A stretch of 64,000 nucleotides of DNA. Origin: Alphaproteobacteria bacterium. Lineage in GTDB: Bacteria > Pseudomonadota > Alphaproteobacteria > UBA7887. The stretch is from the NCBI GenBank assembly GCA_965216755.1, contig CBDCGL010000011.1, positions 4,096,001-4,160,000 on the forward strand, written 5' to 3'. Shown one piece after another: positions 31,810-41,110 of this stretch; positions within the stretch are counted from its first letter, which is position 1; each line of letters opens with the position of its first letter. A model generated the notes under the pieces. That model was given only the letters and a program-made list of their open reading frames with translations. It did not search any database and had not been told where the DNA came from. Both the position numbers and the translations under genes were made by a program.

Positions 31810-32730
31810 TCAGACTCTCTCGCTTTCTTTTTCGGCGACCAGCCCGGTCGGCCTCCAGGCGATGAGAAGGATCACCACGCCAAATGCGAAGACATCCTTG
31901 TAAGCGCTCGCGAATGGTAGCGCGATCGCACCGATCGTCTGCAGCGCTGCAAACAGGAAGCCGCCGAGAATAGCGCCGTAAATGTTGCCCAGACCACCGA
32001 TGATGGCCGATGAGAACCCGATCACGCCGAGCAAGAGCCCCATAGAGAAATTGATCTCGGCGTAATAGAGGCCGTTCATGACGCCCGCGAATGCCGCCGC
32101 GCCCGATCCGATCGCGAAGGTCACGAGAACGATGGCGGTGAAGTCGATGCCCATCGTGCGCGCGGTTTCCTCATCTTGCGCGACAGCGCGGATCGCGAGC
32201 CCGAGCTTGGTTCGGTTGATGACGTAGTGGATCGCCGCAATCACTGCCGCGCCACCCGCGAACAAGAGAACGCTGTCATGGCGCAGGGTAAAGTTTCCGA
32301 CCTCGTGCGCCGTGTCGGGTAGCAAGGCAGGAAAGTTCTTCGGGTTCGACCCGTCAGGATAGAACAGACGCACGCATTCGCGCAGCACCGTGCCGAGCAT
32401 CAGCGTGATGAGCAGGGTATTGAGGGGCGGCGCACCCTTCAGCGGTAGAACGAGAAACTTGGCGATTAGAGCGCCCAGCAACGCCATTGCCGTGATTGCC
32501 GCCAGGAACACCAGCACAACCTGCAGCCAGCGCGCATCGGTGCCCAGTTGCTCGAGACCCAGATATGTCGCCAGGCCGGCGAATGCGCCGACCATAAGCA
32601 CGTCGCCGTGCGAGAATTTTATCACGTCGAGCACGCCGAAAAACAGGGTGAAGCCGACCGCGACAAGCGCATACATCATGCCGAGCATGAGCCCGTTGAC
32701 GAGATGTTGCGCCAGCAATCCGATGTCCAT
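31810..32730 (-). CDS. HAAT/LIV-type ABC permease (LivH-like)
   Basis: NGLMLGMMYALVAVGFTL, FSHGD, GLAIRAVAQD, IIGGLGN. Confidence 0.92.
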   Translation of the reverse strand: MDIGLLAQHLVNGLMLGMMYALVAVGFTLFFGVLDVIKFSHGDVLMVGAFAGLATYLGLEQLGTDARWLQVVLVFLAAITAMALLGALIAKFLVLPLKGAPPLNTLLITLMLGTVLRECVRLFYPDGSNPKNFPALLPDTAHEVGNFTLRHDSVLLFAGGAAVIAAIHYVINRTKLGLAIRAVAQDEETARTMGIDFTAIVLVTFAIGSGAAAFAGVMNGLYYAEINFSMGLLLGVIGFSSAIIGGLGNIYGAILGGFLFAALQTIGAIALPFASAYKDVFAFGVVILLIAWRPTGLVAEKESERV

Positions 32731-32758
32731 GATTAGACGTCCACGCGAGCCAAGTCAG

Positions 32759-33922
32759 TCAACGTCCGATCAGCTGCCTGGCGCCAGTCGCGTAATCGCT
32801 GTCCTGCCACAACGTCCAGGCCCCGTCCTGAACGACATATGTGGTGATCAGCGACACCGTGTTTTGGCCGTGGTCATCGAAGGAAATGCGGCCGATTATT
32901 GTGTCACGATCGCGCACGGCGTTCAAATAGTCGCGGACGTCACGCCGATCGGGCCCAACCGCCTCGATCGCATCAAGCACCAGGTTCATTGCGGCGAAGG
33001 CGAAGGGGCCGTAAGCCTCCGGAGCCTGGTCGTAACCCTGGCTCTCGTACTGCTCCATGAAGTATTGGCCGCCGGGCAGGGTTTCGATTGCTGCGCCCTC
33101 GCGGAATGCCAGCGCGCCTTCGGCAAGCGGCCCGAGACCGTCGATAAACGCATCCGATACGATGCCTGACGTGCCTTCGAACTGGGCGTCGACGCCAAGC
33201 TTGTCCATCTGCGCGCGCAGGCGCACACCGATTGGCGTCAGGCCGCCAAAATAGATCACATCCGGACCGAGAGCCTTGGCGCTAGTAAGTTCAGCGGTGA
33301 AGTCTTGCTGATCGGCGGTCACCCCGAAAACTTCGAGAATTTCGCCCCCGTTCTCGGTAAGAAACTGGCTGAAATAGTCCTTGTGGCCTTTTCCGTAATC
33401 CGTCGTGTCATGAATGATTACCCAAGTCTTGTAACTGAGCTTGCGCATGAACTCGGCTGCGACTTGGTTCTGGTTGATCATCGTGCCGTTGACCCGGTGA
33501 ACCTCCTTGTGCTCGTTGCCGTAGGTGATGTCCGGCAGCACCGCGCCCCACACCACCACCGGCAGTCGAAAGCGATGATAGACATCGACAGTGCTTATCG
33601 CGACGGCCGAGCAATAATGAGTCACCGCAGCGATCACCGAGCGATCAGATGCCATTTTGGTCGCCACCTGGACACCGATATTGGTCTTGCACTCGTCGTC
33701 CAAAACGACGAGTTCGTATTCGTACTTGGCCTCCGAATCCGCGTTACGCAGCCTTACCGCGAGGTCGGCGGAGTTGCGTCCACCGAGCCCGTTCACGGAT
33801 ACCCCGCCGGTTAGCGGCCCTATGAAACCGACCTGAACAAGCTCCTTCGCCGACACCGTTGTCGATTGCGCAAAGAGCGTTGCAAACGTAGCAACCACAA
33901 TTGCCGAAATGGTTCGTGTCAT
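32759..33922 (-). CDS. HAAT/LIV-type ABC periplasmic binding protein (LivK/J-like)
   Basis: Signal peptide; GFIGPLTG, LDDEC, HYCS, IHDTTDYGKG; start trimmed to ATG 33922. Confidence 0.9.
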   Translation of the reverse strand: MTRTISAIVVATFATLFAQSTTVSAKELVQVGFIGPLTGGVSVNGLGGRNSADLAVRLRNADSEAKYEYELVVLDDECKTNIGVQVATKMASDRSVIAAVTHYCSAVAISTVDVYHRFRLPVVVWGAVLPDITYGNEHKEVHRVNGTMINQNQVAAEFMRKLSYKTWVIIHDTTDYGKGHKDYFSQFLTENGGEILEVFGVTADQQDFTAELTSAKALGPDVIYFGGLTPIGVRLRAQMDKLGVDAQFEGTSGIVSDAFIDGLGPLAEGALAFREGAAIETLPGGQYFMEQYESQGYDQAPEAYGPFAFAAMNLVLDAIEAVGPDRRDVRDYLNAVRDRDTIIGRISFDDHGQNTVSLITTYVVQDGAWTLWQDSDYATGARQLIGR

Positions 33923-34060
33923 GATCTTCGTCCCATGGCATCGCGAGCGACCACCGCCGGCTGACCCCGCTGCAAACGCCCGCGTTTCTGGTTTGCGGCG
34001 CGCGGCCGGCGGCCTTCGAGCGCGGCCCGTGCTTTGGTGGCAATCGCCTGAGCGCAACTG

Positions 34061-34480
34061 CTACCAGATGATTTTTGCCGGATCGCCTTCGTAGAGCGAG
34101 CGGATAAAGGCGATCAGCTGCCAGATCTGGTCGTTGTTGAGGTCTTTCGACCAGCCGACCATGTTGGTGCCCGGCCGCCCTTGGGCAATGGCCTTGTACA
34201 ATGCCTTGTCGGTCGGTTTGTAGACCCATTCGTCGTCGGTCAAGCTGGGGCCGACGCCGCCCTCGGCCTTGCCGCCGTGGCAGGCATAGCATCCGGTGCT
34301 GCTCCAAAGCGCCTTGCCTTCGGCGATGGCCTCCGCGTCGTCCACCGTGTAGGGGTTCTTATCCACCACCGTCTCGCTGCTGGCGTCCTCGCTGTTACCG
34401 CCGGCCCCCGCCCGGAGTATGGTGTTGTCAAAAACCAGGACGGCTGCCAAGGCGGCAGCCGAAAGGAGTGTTAGTCGCAT
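34061..34480 (-). CDS. Periplasmic monoheme cytochrome c (partner of PQQ dehydrogenase)
   Basis: Signal peptide; NPY...EGKALW, CYACH, GPSLTDDEW, distal Met in GTNMVGW. Confidence 0.9.
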   Translation of the reverse strand: MRLTLLSAAALAAVLVFDNTILRAGAGGNSEDASSETVVDKNPYTVDDAEAIAEGKALWSSTGCYACHGGKAEGGVGPSLTDDEWVYKPTDKALYKAIAQGRPGTNMVGWSKDLNNDQIWQLIAFIRSLYEGDPAKIIW

Positions 34481-34542
34481 GCTCGTCCCTTCGGCGGAAG
34501 TACCGCCCCGGGGCACGAGGCCCCGGGGGGTGCTCGATAGGC

Positions 34543-36243
34543 CTACTGTAGCGCGAAGCCGATGATAATGCCGCCCTTGCGGCTATCCTTCAGCCATGGC
34601 GCGCCGCCCTCGCCGAAATGAGCCCAGCCGACCCAGCCGCCGAAGCCCGACGGCACGGCAACATACTGGGTACCGTCGACCGTGTAGGTGGACGGACTGC
34701 CGAAGATGCCCGAGCCCGTCTGAAACGACCAGAGCTCTTCGCCGGTGTCCTGATGATAGGCCCGGAACTCACCCTCCGGCGTGCCCGCGAACACCAGGCC
34801 GCCGCGCGTCGACAGCAGGCCGCTGGTAAATGGCGAGCGGTCCTTGACCACCCACTTCTTCTCACCCGTATTGCCGTCGAAGGCGACGAGCTGGCCATGA
34901 CCGGTTTTCCAGCCGATCGTGCCGATGCCCCAATAGGGCTTGCCGATGGTGCGCTCGGGCGGGTTCAGCCCGGCGCCGATCGGCGCGCTCTGGATATCGA
35001 CGCAGATCTCGCGGCTCGGCACGAAGACCCAGCCGGTGTCCGGATTCACGGTCATCGGGTTCCACCACTTGCCGCCCTCCGAGGCCGGGCAGATGTTCTT
35101 GGCCTCGTGGTCGTAGGTCGGAACCTTCTCCATGTTCCAGATCGGCCGGCCCTCGGGCGTGAAGCCGGTGGCCCAATTCACGAGCGAGATCGGCACGCCG
35201 TATTTGAACTTCCCGTTGGTGCGGTCGATCTTGTAGAGGAAGCCGTTGCGATCCCCATGCAGCCACACTTTCTCGTCTCCGTAGTCGACAAGGATCGGCT
35301 CATTATTGCCATCGTAATCCCAGACATCGGCAGGCGTGTACTGGAAGTAGAACTGAATCTCACCGGTGTCCGCGTTCAGGGCCAGCGTGGAATTGGAGTA
35401 GAGGTTGTCGCCAGGCCGGACGGCGCCGTCCCAATCTGGATTGGGATTGCCAACGCCCCAATATAGCAAATCGAGCTCGGGGTCGTAGGAACCCGTTATC
35501 CAGGTCGAGGCACCGCCATGCATGGCAGCATCCGTCGAGCCCCAGGTATCGTGACCGGGCTCGCCTGGGCCGGGAATCGTATAGGTGCGCCAGACCTGCT
35601 CGCCGGTCTCGGAGTCGAGAGCGTCGATATAAAGGCGCGTCGGATATTCGGCGCCCGACATGCCGACGATGACCTTGCCTTTGACCACCAACGGCGCCAC
35701 CGTCATGGTGATCGCCTGCTCCCAGTCGCCCACCGTGACGTCCCAAACCACTTCGCCGGTCGCCTTGTCGAGGGCGACGACATGGCTATCGGGGGTGGCC
35801 ACATAGACCTTGTCGCCGTAAAGGGCGACGCCGCGATTGCCGATATCGCAGCACATATTGCCGGCAACACCTTCCGGCAACTGGTGAGCATAGCCCCAGA
35901 TCTCGTCGCCGCTTTCCGCATCGAGCGCATAGGTCCGGCCATGAGACGCGGTGGCGTACATGACGCCGTTATGCACCACTGGCGTGGTGTTCTGCGCGTC
36001 GAGCGTGCCGAGCGAGAATATCCATTTCGGCACCAGACTGCCGACATTGTCCGTATTGATCTGTCCCAAAGTGCTGTAGCGGTTGCCCGTGTAGTTGCCG
36101 GGCGCCATCAGCCAATTGTTCGGATCGCCTGCCGCAGAGCGCAGCATCTCATCAGTGACGATCTCCTGGGCCTGGAGAGCAGGCGCAGCCAACAATGCCG
36201 CGCCAGCCAATAACGCGCAAAGCGCACTTTTCGTTGTTCTCAT
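34543..36243 (-). CDS. PQQ-dependent alcohol dehydrogenase (methanol/ethanol superfamily), lanthanide-type motif
   Basis: Signal peptide, Trp-docking repeats, vicinal CC (MCCDIGNRG), GAE, GVGNPNP, WDYDGNNE; GGAGG RBS; no C-terminal heme domain. Confidence 0.92.
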   Translation of the reverse strand: MRTTKSALCALLAGAALLAAPALQAQEIVTDEMLRSAAGDPNNWLMAPGNYTGNRYSTLGQINTDNVGSLVPKWIFSLGTLDAQNTTPVVHNGVMYATASHGRTYALDAESGDEIWGYAHQLPEGVAGNMCCDIGNRGVALYGDKVYVATPDSHVVALDKATGEVVWDVTVGDWEQAITMTVAPLVVKGKVIVGMSGAEYPTRLYIDALDSETGEQVWRTYTIPGPGEPGHDTWGSTDAAMHGGASTWITGSYDPELDLLYWGVGNPNPDWDGAVRPGDNLYSNSTLALNADTGEIQFYFQYTPADVWDYDGNNEPILVDYGDEKVWLHGDRNGFLYKIDRTNGKFKYGVPISLVNWATGFTPEGRPIWNMEKVPTYDHEAKNICPASEGGKWWNPMTVNPDTGWVFVPSREICVDIQSAPIGAGLNPPERTIGKPYWGIGTIGWKTGHGQLVAFDGNTGEKKWVVKDRSPFTSGLLSTRGGLVFAGTPEGEFRAYHQDTGEELWSFQTGSGIFGSPSTYTVDGTQYVAVPSGFGGWVGWAHFGEGGAPWLKDSRKGGIIIGFALQ

Positions 36244-36424
36244 GATAGCAGCTCCTCCCTCATGCATTGCCTCGTAAGCCCCAGGACTATGTTCGCCCCT
36301 CCCGCTTGAAGTCGGACGCTGACATCACCTCCAGCTCAGCCGTCCCACTACGCAGGGAGCAGCACTTAGAATGATTTAGTAACCGCGCGTGAGGTCGAGT
36401 AAAGCGCAAAAATGAAGCGACGGC

Positions 36425-36441
36425 GTTCTCATATTGAGAAC
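36425..36441. promoter_or_regulatory. Palindromic operator (LysR-type T-N11-A) upstream of the PQQ cluster
   Basis: GTTCTCA-TAT-TGAGAAC perfect dyad, about 180 bp upstream of the dehydrogenase start. Confidence 0.55.
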
Positions 36442-36908
36442 ACTTTGGGCTATTTGCCCATTTCTGAAACTGCAAGTTGGTCCAGACGAGGCGCGGATCC
36501 TAGGAGACTTCGCACTTGTCCCATGCGCTGGACCATGTTGAGGCGGAATTCCTCGCTCTTCGGATTGTCAGGCGCTGGCGGTGACCGGCACCCGCGATGA
36601 AGATCTGTAGATCGTCGTGAAGCAAAGCCTGCGTCGCTTCGCCACGGCAATCCCACCGCTGGAGCATCGTCGGACCGATTGGCTTGAATGGCCGCGCAAG
36701 AAACCGGGAACGGCGAACCGGTAAGTGGCTCAAATTCGACGAAACGATGGGCCCAACGACAATGGAAATGAATACCAATTCGGCTCAGTCCAACTTTTGA
36801 GATTGGCTCGGCGTTCCCGTGCCAAGAAAGGGCCATGATCCACCTTAAGGAGAGATCAGATGCAGGATGTCAGGCAGTTTCGGGTTATCGCCCGCCGACG
36901 TGGTCCGT

Positions 36909-37026
36909 TCTCGGCGTCCCTGTCCTTGGCCGTATTCCCGATACGTCCCGGGGACAGCACAGCGACTTGATCTTGGCGAAAATGCGCGCCGGCAGAATGG
37001 TTCAATATTGTTGGACACTGCTCTAG
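36909..37026. mobile_element. Partial (3') copy of the CTAGAGC-ended MITE
   Basis: Near-identical to 7636-7748 (ggcgtccctgtccttggccgtattcccgatacg...cagcgacttgatcttggc...actgctctag); left terminus absent. Confidence 0.8.
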
Positions 37027-37285
37027 TGTCAAAGTAGCCAGCGGCCGACCATGAGCGGCCGCACGAATCCCGTGTCCGCAAGGACGATTGGCGCGTTATT
37101 CTGCGGAGCCTTGTTCTAATCCTCGATACGGCGCGCAAGCTGGTTAATCTGCCTTCGCAGCAACATGATTTGCCTGCTTAGGCGCGCCTCTATATCGATC
37201 ATGCTGTTGTCAACCGTGGTGCGGTCGGTTTCCGCCAGCGACGTGGTAAGCTGGCTGCGATGTCAGTGATCCACGGGAGGCAGCA

Positions 37286-37720
37286 TTGACGGAGTACATC
37301 CCACCGGCGCTCGATTGGGTACGTCAGCAGGTCGAGCTGTACGAGAGCAGCGGCGGCACCGAAGGCACGACGTTGCGGGACTCGGGCCTGCGCTGCATCA
37401 TTGTCACCCACAAGGGCAACAAGACCGGGGCGATCCGCAAGATTCCGGTCATGCGGGTCAAGGTCGACGACGGTTACGTTCTCGTCGGCTCCTATGGCGG
37501 GCGCGAGAAGAACCCTGTGTGGGTCTATAATCTCAGGGCCAATGCGGATGTCGAAATCCGTGACGGGACGGAGGTTTTCAAGATGCGGGTGCACGAGGTG
37601 ACGGCCGATCCGGAACGCCAACGCCTGTGGGATGCCAGCGCGAAGGGCTATCCGCCCTACGACGACTATCAGGCAAGAACGTCGCGCAAGATCCCGGTTT
37701 TCTTCGCTGAGCCCGTTTGA
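37286..37720 (+). CDS. Deazaflavin (F420)-dependent oxidoreductase, Ddn/FDOR-A family
   Basis: WVRQQVELYESSGG, GNKTGAIRKIP, GSYGG...NPVWVYNLRAN, YDDYQARTSRKIPV; TTG start with GGAGG RBS. Confidence 0.9.
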   Translation: MTEYIPPALDWVRQQVELYESSGGTEGTTLRDSGLRCIIVTHKGNKTGAIRKIPVMRVKVDDGYVLVGSYGGREKNPVWVYNLRANADVEIRDGTEVFKMRVHEVTADPERQRLWDASAKGYPPYDDYQARTSRKIPVFFAEPV

Positions 37721-37727
37721 CGCAGAG

Positions 37728-38867
37728 CTAATTGGGCCTGTAGATGCACGCCTCGTCGAACATCGCCGCGATATTTTCCGGCGGCACGTCGGCCTGGATG
37801 TTGTGAACGGAGTTCAGAACGTAGCCCCCGCCGCGACCGAGGATATCAATGACCCGGCGCACCTCGGCGCGCACCTCGTCCGGCGTGCCGAAGGGCAGAA
37901 CTCGCTGGGTATCGATCGCGCCCCAGAACGTGAGATGGTCGCCATATTCGGCCTTGAGCCGCTCCGGCGCCATGCCTTTGGCGCGCACCTGGACCGGGTT
38001 CACCGCGTCGATGCCGACTTCGATGAAGTCGTCGAACAGTGCCGAGACCGCGCCACAGCTGTGGAGTAGGGCCTTGGCGCCGCTGCGGTCCTTTATCGTG
38101 GTGAACATGCGCGCATGATGCGGCTTGACCAGCTCGCGATAGAGGCGCGGGTCGAATATTGTCGATTGCTGGGTCCCGAGGTCGTCGCCGAAATTCGCGA
38201 CGTCGATATACTCGCCGGCGTCATCGAGCGCGTTCTCGACCACGCGGACCCACCAATCGGTGATCAGCTCCATCAAGCGGCAGGCAAAGTCGCGGTTCTT
38301 GTAGAGGTCAATGAGCCAGGTCTCATAGCCACGCAACCATTGCGCAGTGTGAACTACGCCTGACGGGATGTTGAGGATGATTGCGTAGTCGGTCGTCTCT
38401 CTCAGCGCCCGCGCTCTCTCGCGCAAGCCGCGGTAATAGCCGGGATCGTCAGGGTCTGGCCAGACATGACTCTCGAGTTCGCGGATCGACACGTCATCGC
38501 CATAGAAGGGGCCGTCGATGTTAAGATAGGGCCCGTCGCCGGTCTTGCGCCACACCGCCCCCAATTCATCGGCATAGGTGTCTTCGTCGATCTCGCGCTG
38601 ATGGCCCTCGCCTTCATAGGCGCCCAGGGTGAGGATGCGCGTATCGACATCGAAGCGCCGCAAGACGCTTTCGTGAATTTTGGCCGCGCGCGTCATTCGC
38701 CGTCCGATCACGGTCCCATGCTCGAGCCCCAGGAATTGCTTGAGCTTGTCGTAGGCGGTGAAGTAGATGCCGGTCGAGTGACAGCCGCCGAAGTCGATCG
38801 GCACGCGGTCGGTTTCCTCGTGGCGCAAGGCTGCCAATACCCGCTCTCGGCCAGTCATGGATGCCAT
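37728..38867 (-). CDS. Uroporphyrinogen decarboxylase-superfamily protein (MtaA/CmuA-like, not HemE)
   Basis: MTGRERVLAALRHEETDRVP, GDDLGTQ, LLHSCG, FWGAID, GGGYVLNSVHNIQ; lacks the HemE MRQAGR motif. Confidence 0.85.
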   Translation of the reverse strand: MASMTGRERVLAALRHEETDRVPIDFGGCHSTGIYFTAYDKLKQFLGLEHGTVIGRRMTRAAKIHESVLRRFDVDTRILTLGAYEGEGHQREIDEDTYADELGAVWRKTGDGPYLNIDGPFYGDDVSIRELESHVWPDPDDPGYYRGLRERARALRETTDYAIILNIPSGVVHTAQWLRGYETWLIDLYKNRDFACRLMELITDWWVRVVENALDDAGEYIDVANFGDDLGTQQSTIFDPRLYRELVKPHHARMFTTIKDRSGAKALLHSCGAVSALFDDFIEVGIDAVNPVQVRAKGMAPERLKAEYGDHLTFWGAIDTQRVLPFGTPDEVRAEVRRVIDILGRGGGYVLNSVHNIQADVPPENIAAMFDEACIYRPN

Positions 38868-38887
38868 GATCTGAGCCCCTCCCGTCG

Positions 38888-40087
38888 TTATCGCCGTTCG
38901 CCGCCGACCCGGACCACGCCCGCGTCCGTGAGGGCGGCGATCTCGGTCGCGTCATAGCCTAGCTCGGCAAGTATCTCCTCGGTCTGAGCGCCGAGCGGTT
39001 GCGGCGGACGGCAGATGCCGGGCCGCTCACCGTCATAGCGCGCCGGATGGGCAAGCAGTGTGATCGGCGTGCCGTCGGGCCCATGGGTCTTGACGAACGA
39101 GCCATTGTGCTTCACTTGCGGGTCTTCCAGGACACCGGCGTAATCGTTGACTCGGCCGTACCACAGCTTCTGCGATTCGAGCTTGGACTCGAGCTCGGCC
39201 ACGCACATCTCGCGCACCGCATCCTGCACCAGCGCCGCTATCTCGCCGTTGCGCGCATAGGCATCGTCCGTGTCGAAATCGGCCAGCGCCGGCCGGTCGA
39301 GCGCCTGGCCCAGCGCCGCGAGCGATCCCAACGAGATCGCCAGGTAGCCGTCACGAGCTTCGTAAATGCCGTAGGGCGCCGAAAAATACCAACCCGCGAT
39401 ATTGCGTGGCGAACGCTGCGATACCGGTTCGCCATTCAAATAGCAAACCAACGATTCCATTTGCATGTCGAGCGCTGCCGACAGCAGATCGACATCGATG
39501 CGGCAGCCTTGGCCGCTGCGCTCGCGCCGCAGCAGCGCCGCCAGGATCGCCATCGCCAGAATCTGGGCGCCGTGATGATCGGCCGCCGAGACACCGACCG
39601 GAGTCGGTGGCTGGTCGGAAGAGCCGGTGATGTTGGCCAATCCCGACAGTGCCTGGATCACCAGATCTTGGCCAGGTCGGTCGCGATAGGGCCCGTCGGA
39701 GCCGAAGCCGGACGCCGCCGCATAGACGATGCTCGGATTGATTGCGCGCGCCGCCTGGTAGCCGAAGCCGAGCTTGTCCATGACGCCGGGGCGGAAGTTT
39801 TCGCCGATCACGTCGGCCGTGGCGATCAATTTCTCGATCAGCGCGCGACCCTCTGGAGCTTTCAGGTCCACCGCCAGGGAGCGCTTGTTGCGGTTACCGC
39901 AAAGGTGCAGCATGGTTTCCCCGTCGATCCGGCGATTGGCCCCGCCCCATTTGCGCTGGAAGGCGCCGTCGGTCAGCTCGATGCCGATCACGTCGGCGCC
40001 GAGGTCGGCCAAGACCTGGGTGCCGACGGGACCAAGCAGGAAGTGGTTGAAGCTCAGCACGCGAATTCCGTCGAGCATGGCGGTCAT
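38888..40087 (-). CDS. CaiB/BaiF family (class III) CoA-transferase
   Basis: LADLGADVI, NRNKRSLAVDLK, ENFRPGVMDKLG, RPGQDLVIQ, LGAQTEEIL. Confidence 0.93.
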   Translation of the reverse strand: MTAMLDGIRVLSFNHFLLGPVGTQVLADLGADVIGIELTDGAFQRKWGGANRRIDGETMLHLCGNRNKRSLAVDLKAPEGRALIEKLIATADVIGENFRPGVMDKLGFGYQAARAINPSIVYAAASGFGSDGPYRDRPGQDLVIQALSGLANITGSSDQPPTPVGVSAADHHGAQILAMAILAALLRRERSGQGCRIDVDLLSAALDMQMESLVCYLNGEPVSQRSPRNIAGWYFSAPYGIYEARDGYLAISLGSLAALGQALDRPALADFDTDDAYARNGEIAALVQDAVREMCVAELESKLESQKLWYGRVNDYAGVLEDPQVKHNGSFVKTHGPDGTPITLLAHPARYDGERPGICRPPQPLGAQTEEILAELGYDATEIAALTDAGVVRVGGERR

Positions 40088-40131
40088 GAGGCGGGTCCCG
40101 TTGTCGCTGTGGCTCCGATGTGGGTACCGGC

Positions 40132-41091
40132 TCAGCCGCCGACCAGTGGAGCCACCTCGGACATGAACCGCTCCATCTTCTCGATCTGCTCCTGCACTGT
40201 CGGGCTGGCGTAGCCGAGCATGATTGTGGTCACGCCGACATCGCGCAGCGCCGCGATATCGCTCGCCACGTCGTCGTCGCTACCGGTAAACAGCATGCGA
40301 TTGCCGTCGTCCGTGGTACGCGGCTCGGGCGAGGGGTACCAAAGCGCCCAGAAGGCCAGATCGATCGCCGACGGATCGCGCCCATAGCCTTCGGCGAGAG
40401 CCCCCAACTCTTTTGCCTTGGCGGCGTAGCGCGCGGCGGTGTCGAGCGGCTCGGCCTTGTTGGCGCCGACCGGATACCAACCATCGCCGAGCTTGGCGGC
40501 GCGACGCATGGCTGGCTTGCTTTCGCCACCGATCCAGATCGGCGGATGCGGCTTTTGGACCGGCTTGGGCAGGAAGATGATGTCTTTGAACTTCACGAAT
40601 TCGCCGTCGAACGATGGATCGTCTTTCGTCCACAGCTCACGAAACGCTGCCAGATACTCGTTGGTCACCTTGCCGCGCCTGTCGAACGGCGGCGCGTCGA
40701 TGGCCTCGAACTCCTCGCGCAACCAGCCGGCGCCACAGCCGACGGTCATGCGCCCGTTTGACAATAGGTCGATGGTCGCCAGAATTTTCGCGGTCAGGAT
40801 CGCCGGTCGATGCGGTACCACCATGACCGATGTGAGAAAGCGTATCTTCGTTGTTGCTGCGGCCAGAAACGCCATCAGGCTGAGCGGCTCCATATAATCG
40901 CCTGTGGCACTACCCGGAAAGATGCCGGATTCTGTGTACGGGTAGCGCGTCTCGATGTCGCTCGGCACGACGATGTGGTCGGTCGCCGCGGCGTAGCCGT
41001 AACCCAGCTCTTCGGCACGGCGGGCGACGGCAAGGATGGTGTCGCGGTTGCTGAAGACGCCTCTGGTTGGCACGACGAAACCATAGTTCAT
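40132..41091 (-). CDS. LLM-class (luciferase-like) oxidoreductase, probably F420-dependent
   Basis: AEELGY...DHIVVP, TIDLLSNGR, GAGWLREEF, PKPVQKPHPPIWIGG; GAGGAGG RBS; directly after cofC. Confidence 0.9.
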   Translation of the reverse strand: MNYGFVVPTRGVFSNRDTILAVARRAEELGYGYAAATDHIVVPSDIETRYPYTESGIFPGSATGDYMEPLSLMAFLAAATTKIRFLTSVMVVPHRPAILTAKILATIDLLSNGRMTVGCGAGWLREEFEAIDAPPFDRRGKVTNEYLAAFRELWTKDDPSFDGEFVKFKDIIFLPKPVQKPHPPIWIGGESKPAMRRAAKLGDGWYPVGANKAEPLDTAARYAAKAKELGALAEGYGRDPSAIDLAFWALWYPSPEPRTTDDGNRMLFTGSDDDVASDIAALRDVGVTTIMLGYASPTVQEQIEKMERFMSEVAPLVGG

Positions 41092-41110
41092 TGTGCTTCC
41101 TCCTCGGTTG

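Noticed and set aside
37728-38867. Calling this gene hemE
   Set aside because: Lacks the MRQAGR signature and has an HSCG motif of the MtaA-like branch.
38999-40213. Long antisense ORFs (also 22942-24114 frame-shifted, 47379-48605, 17895-18926, 54016-54993)
   Set aside because: Shadow frames of well-supported high-GC genes.
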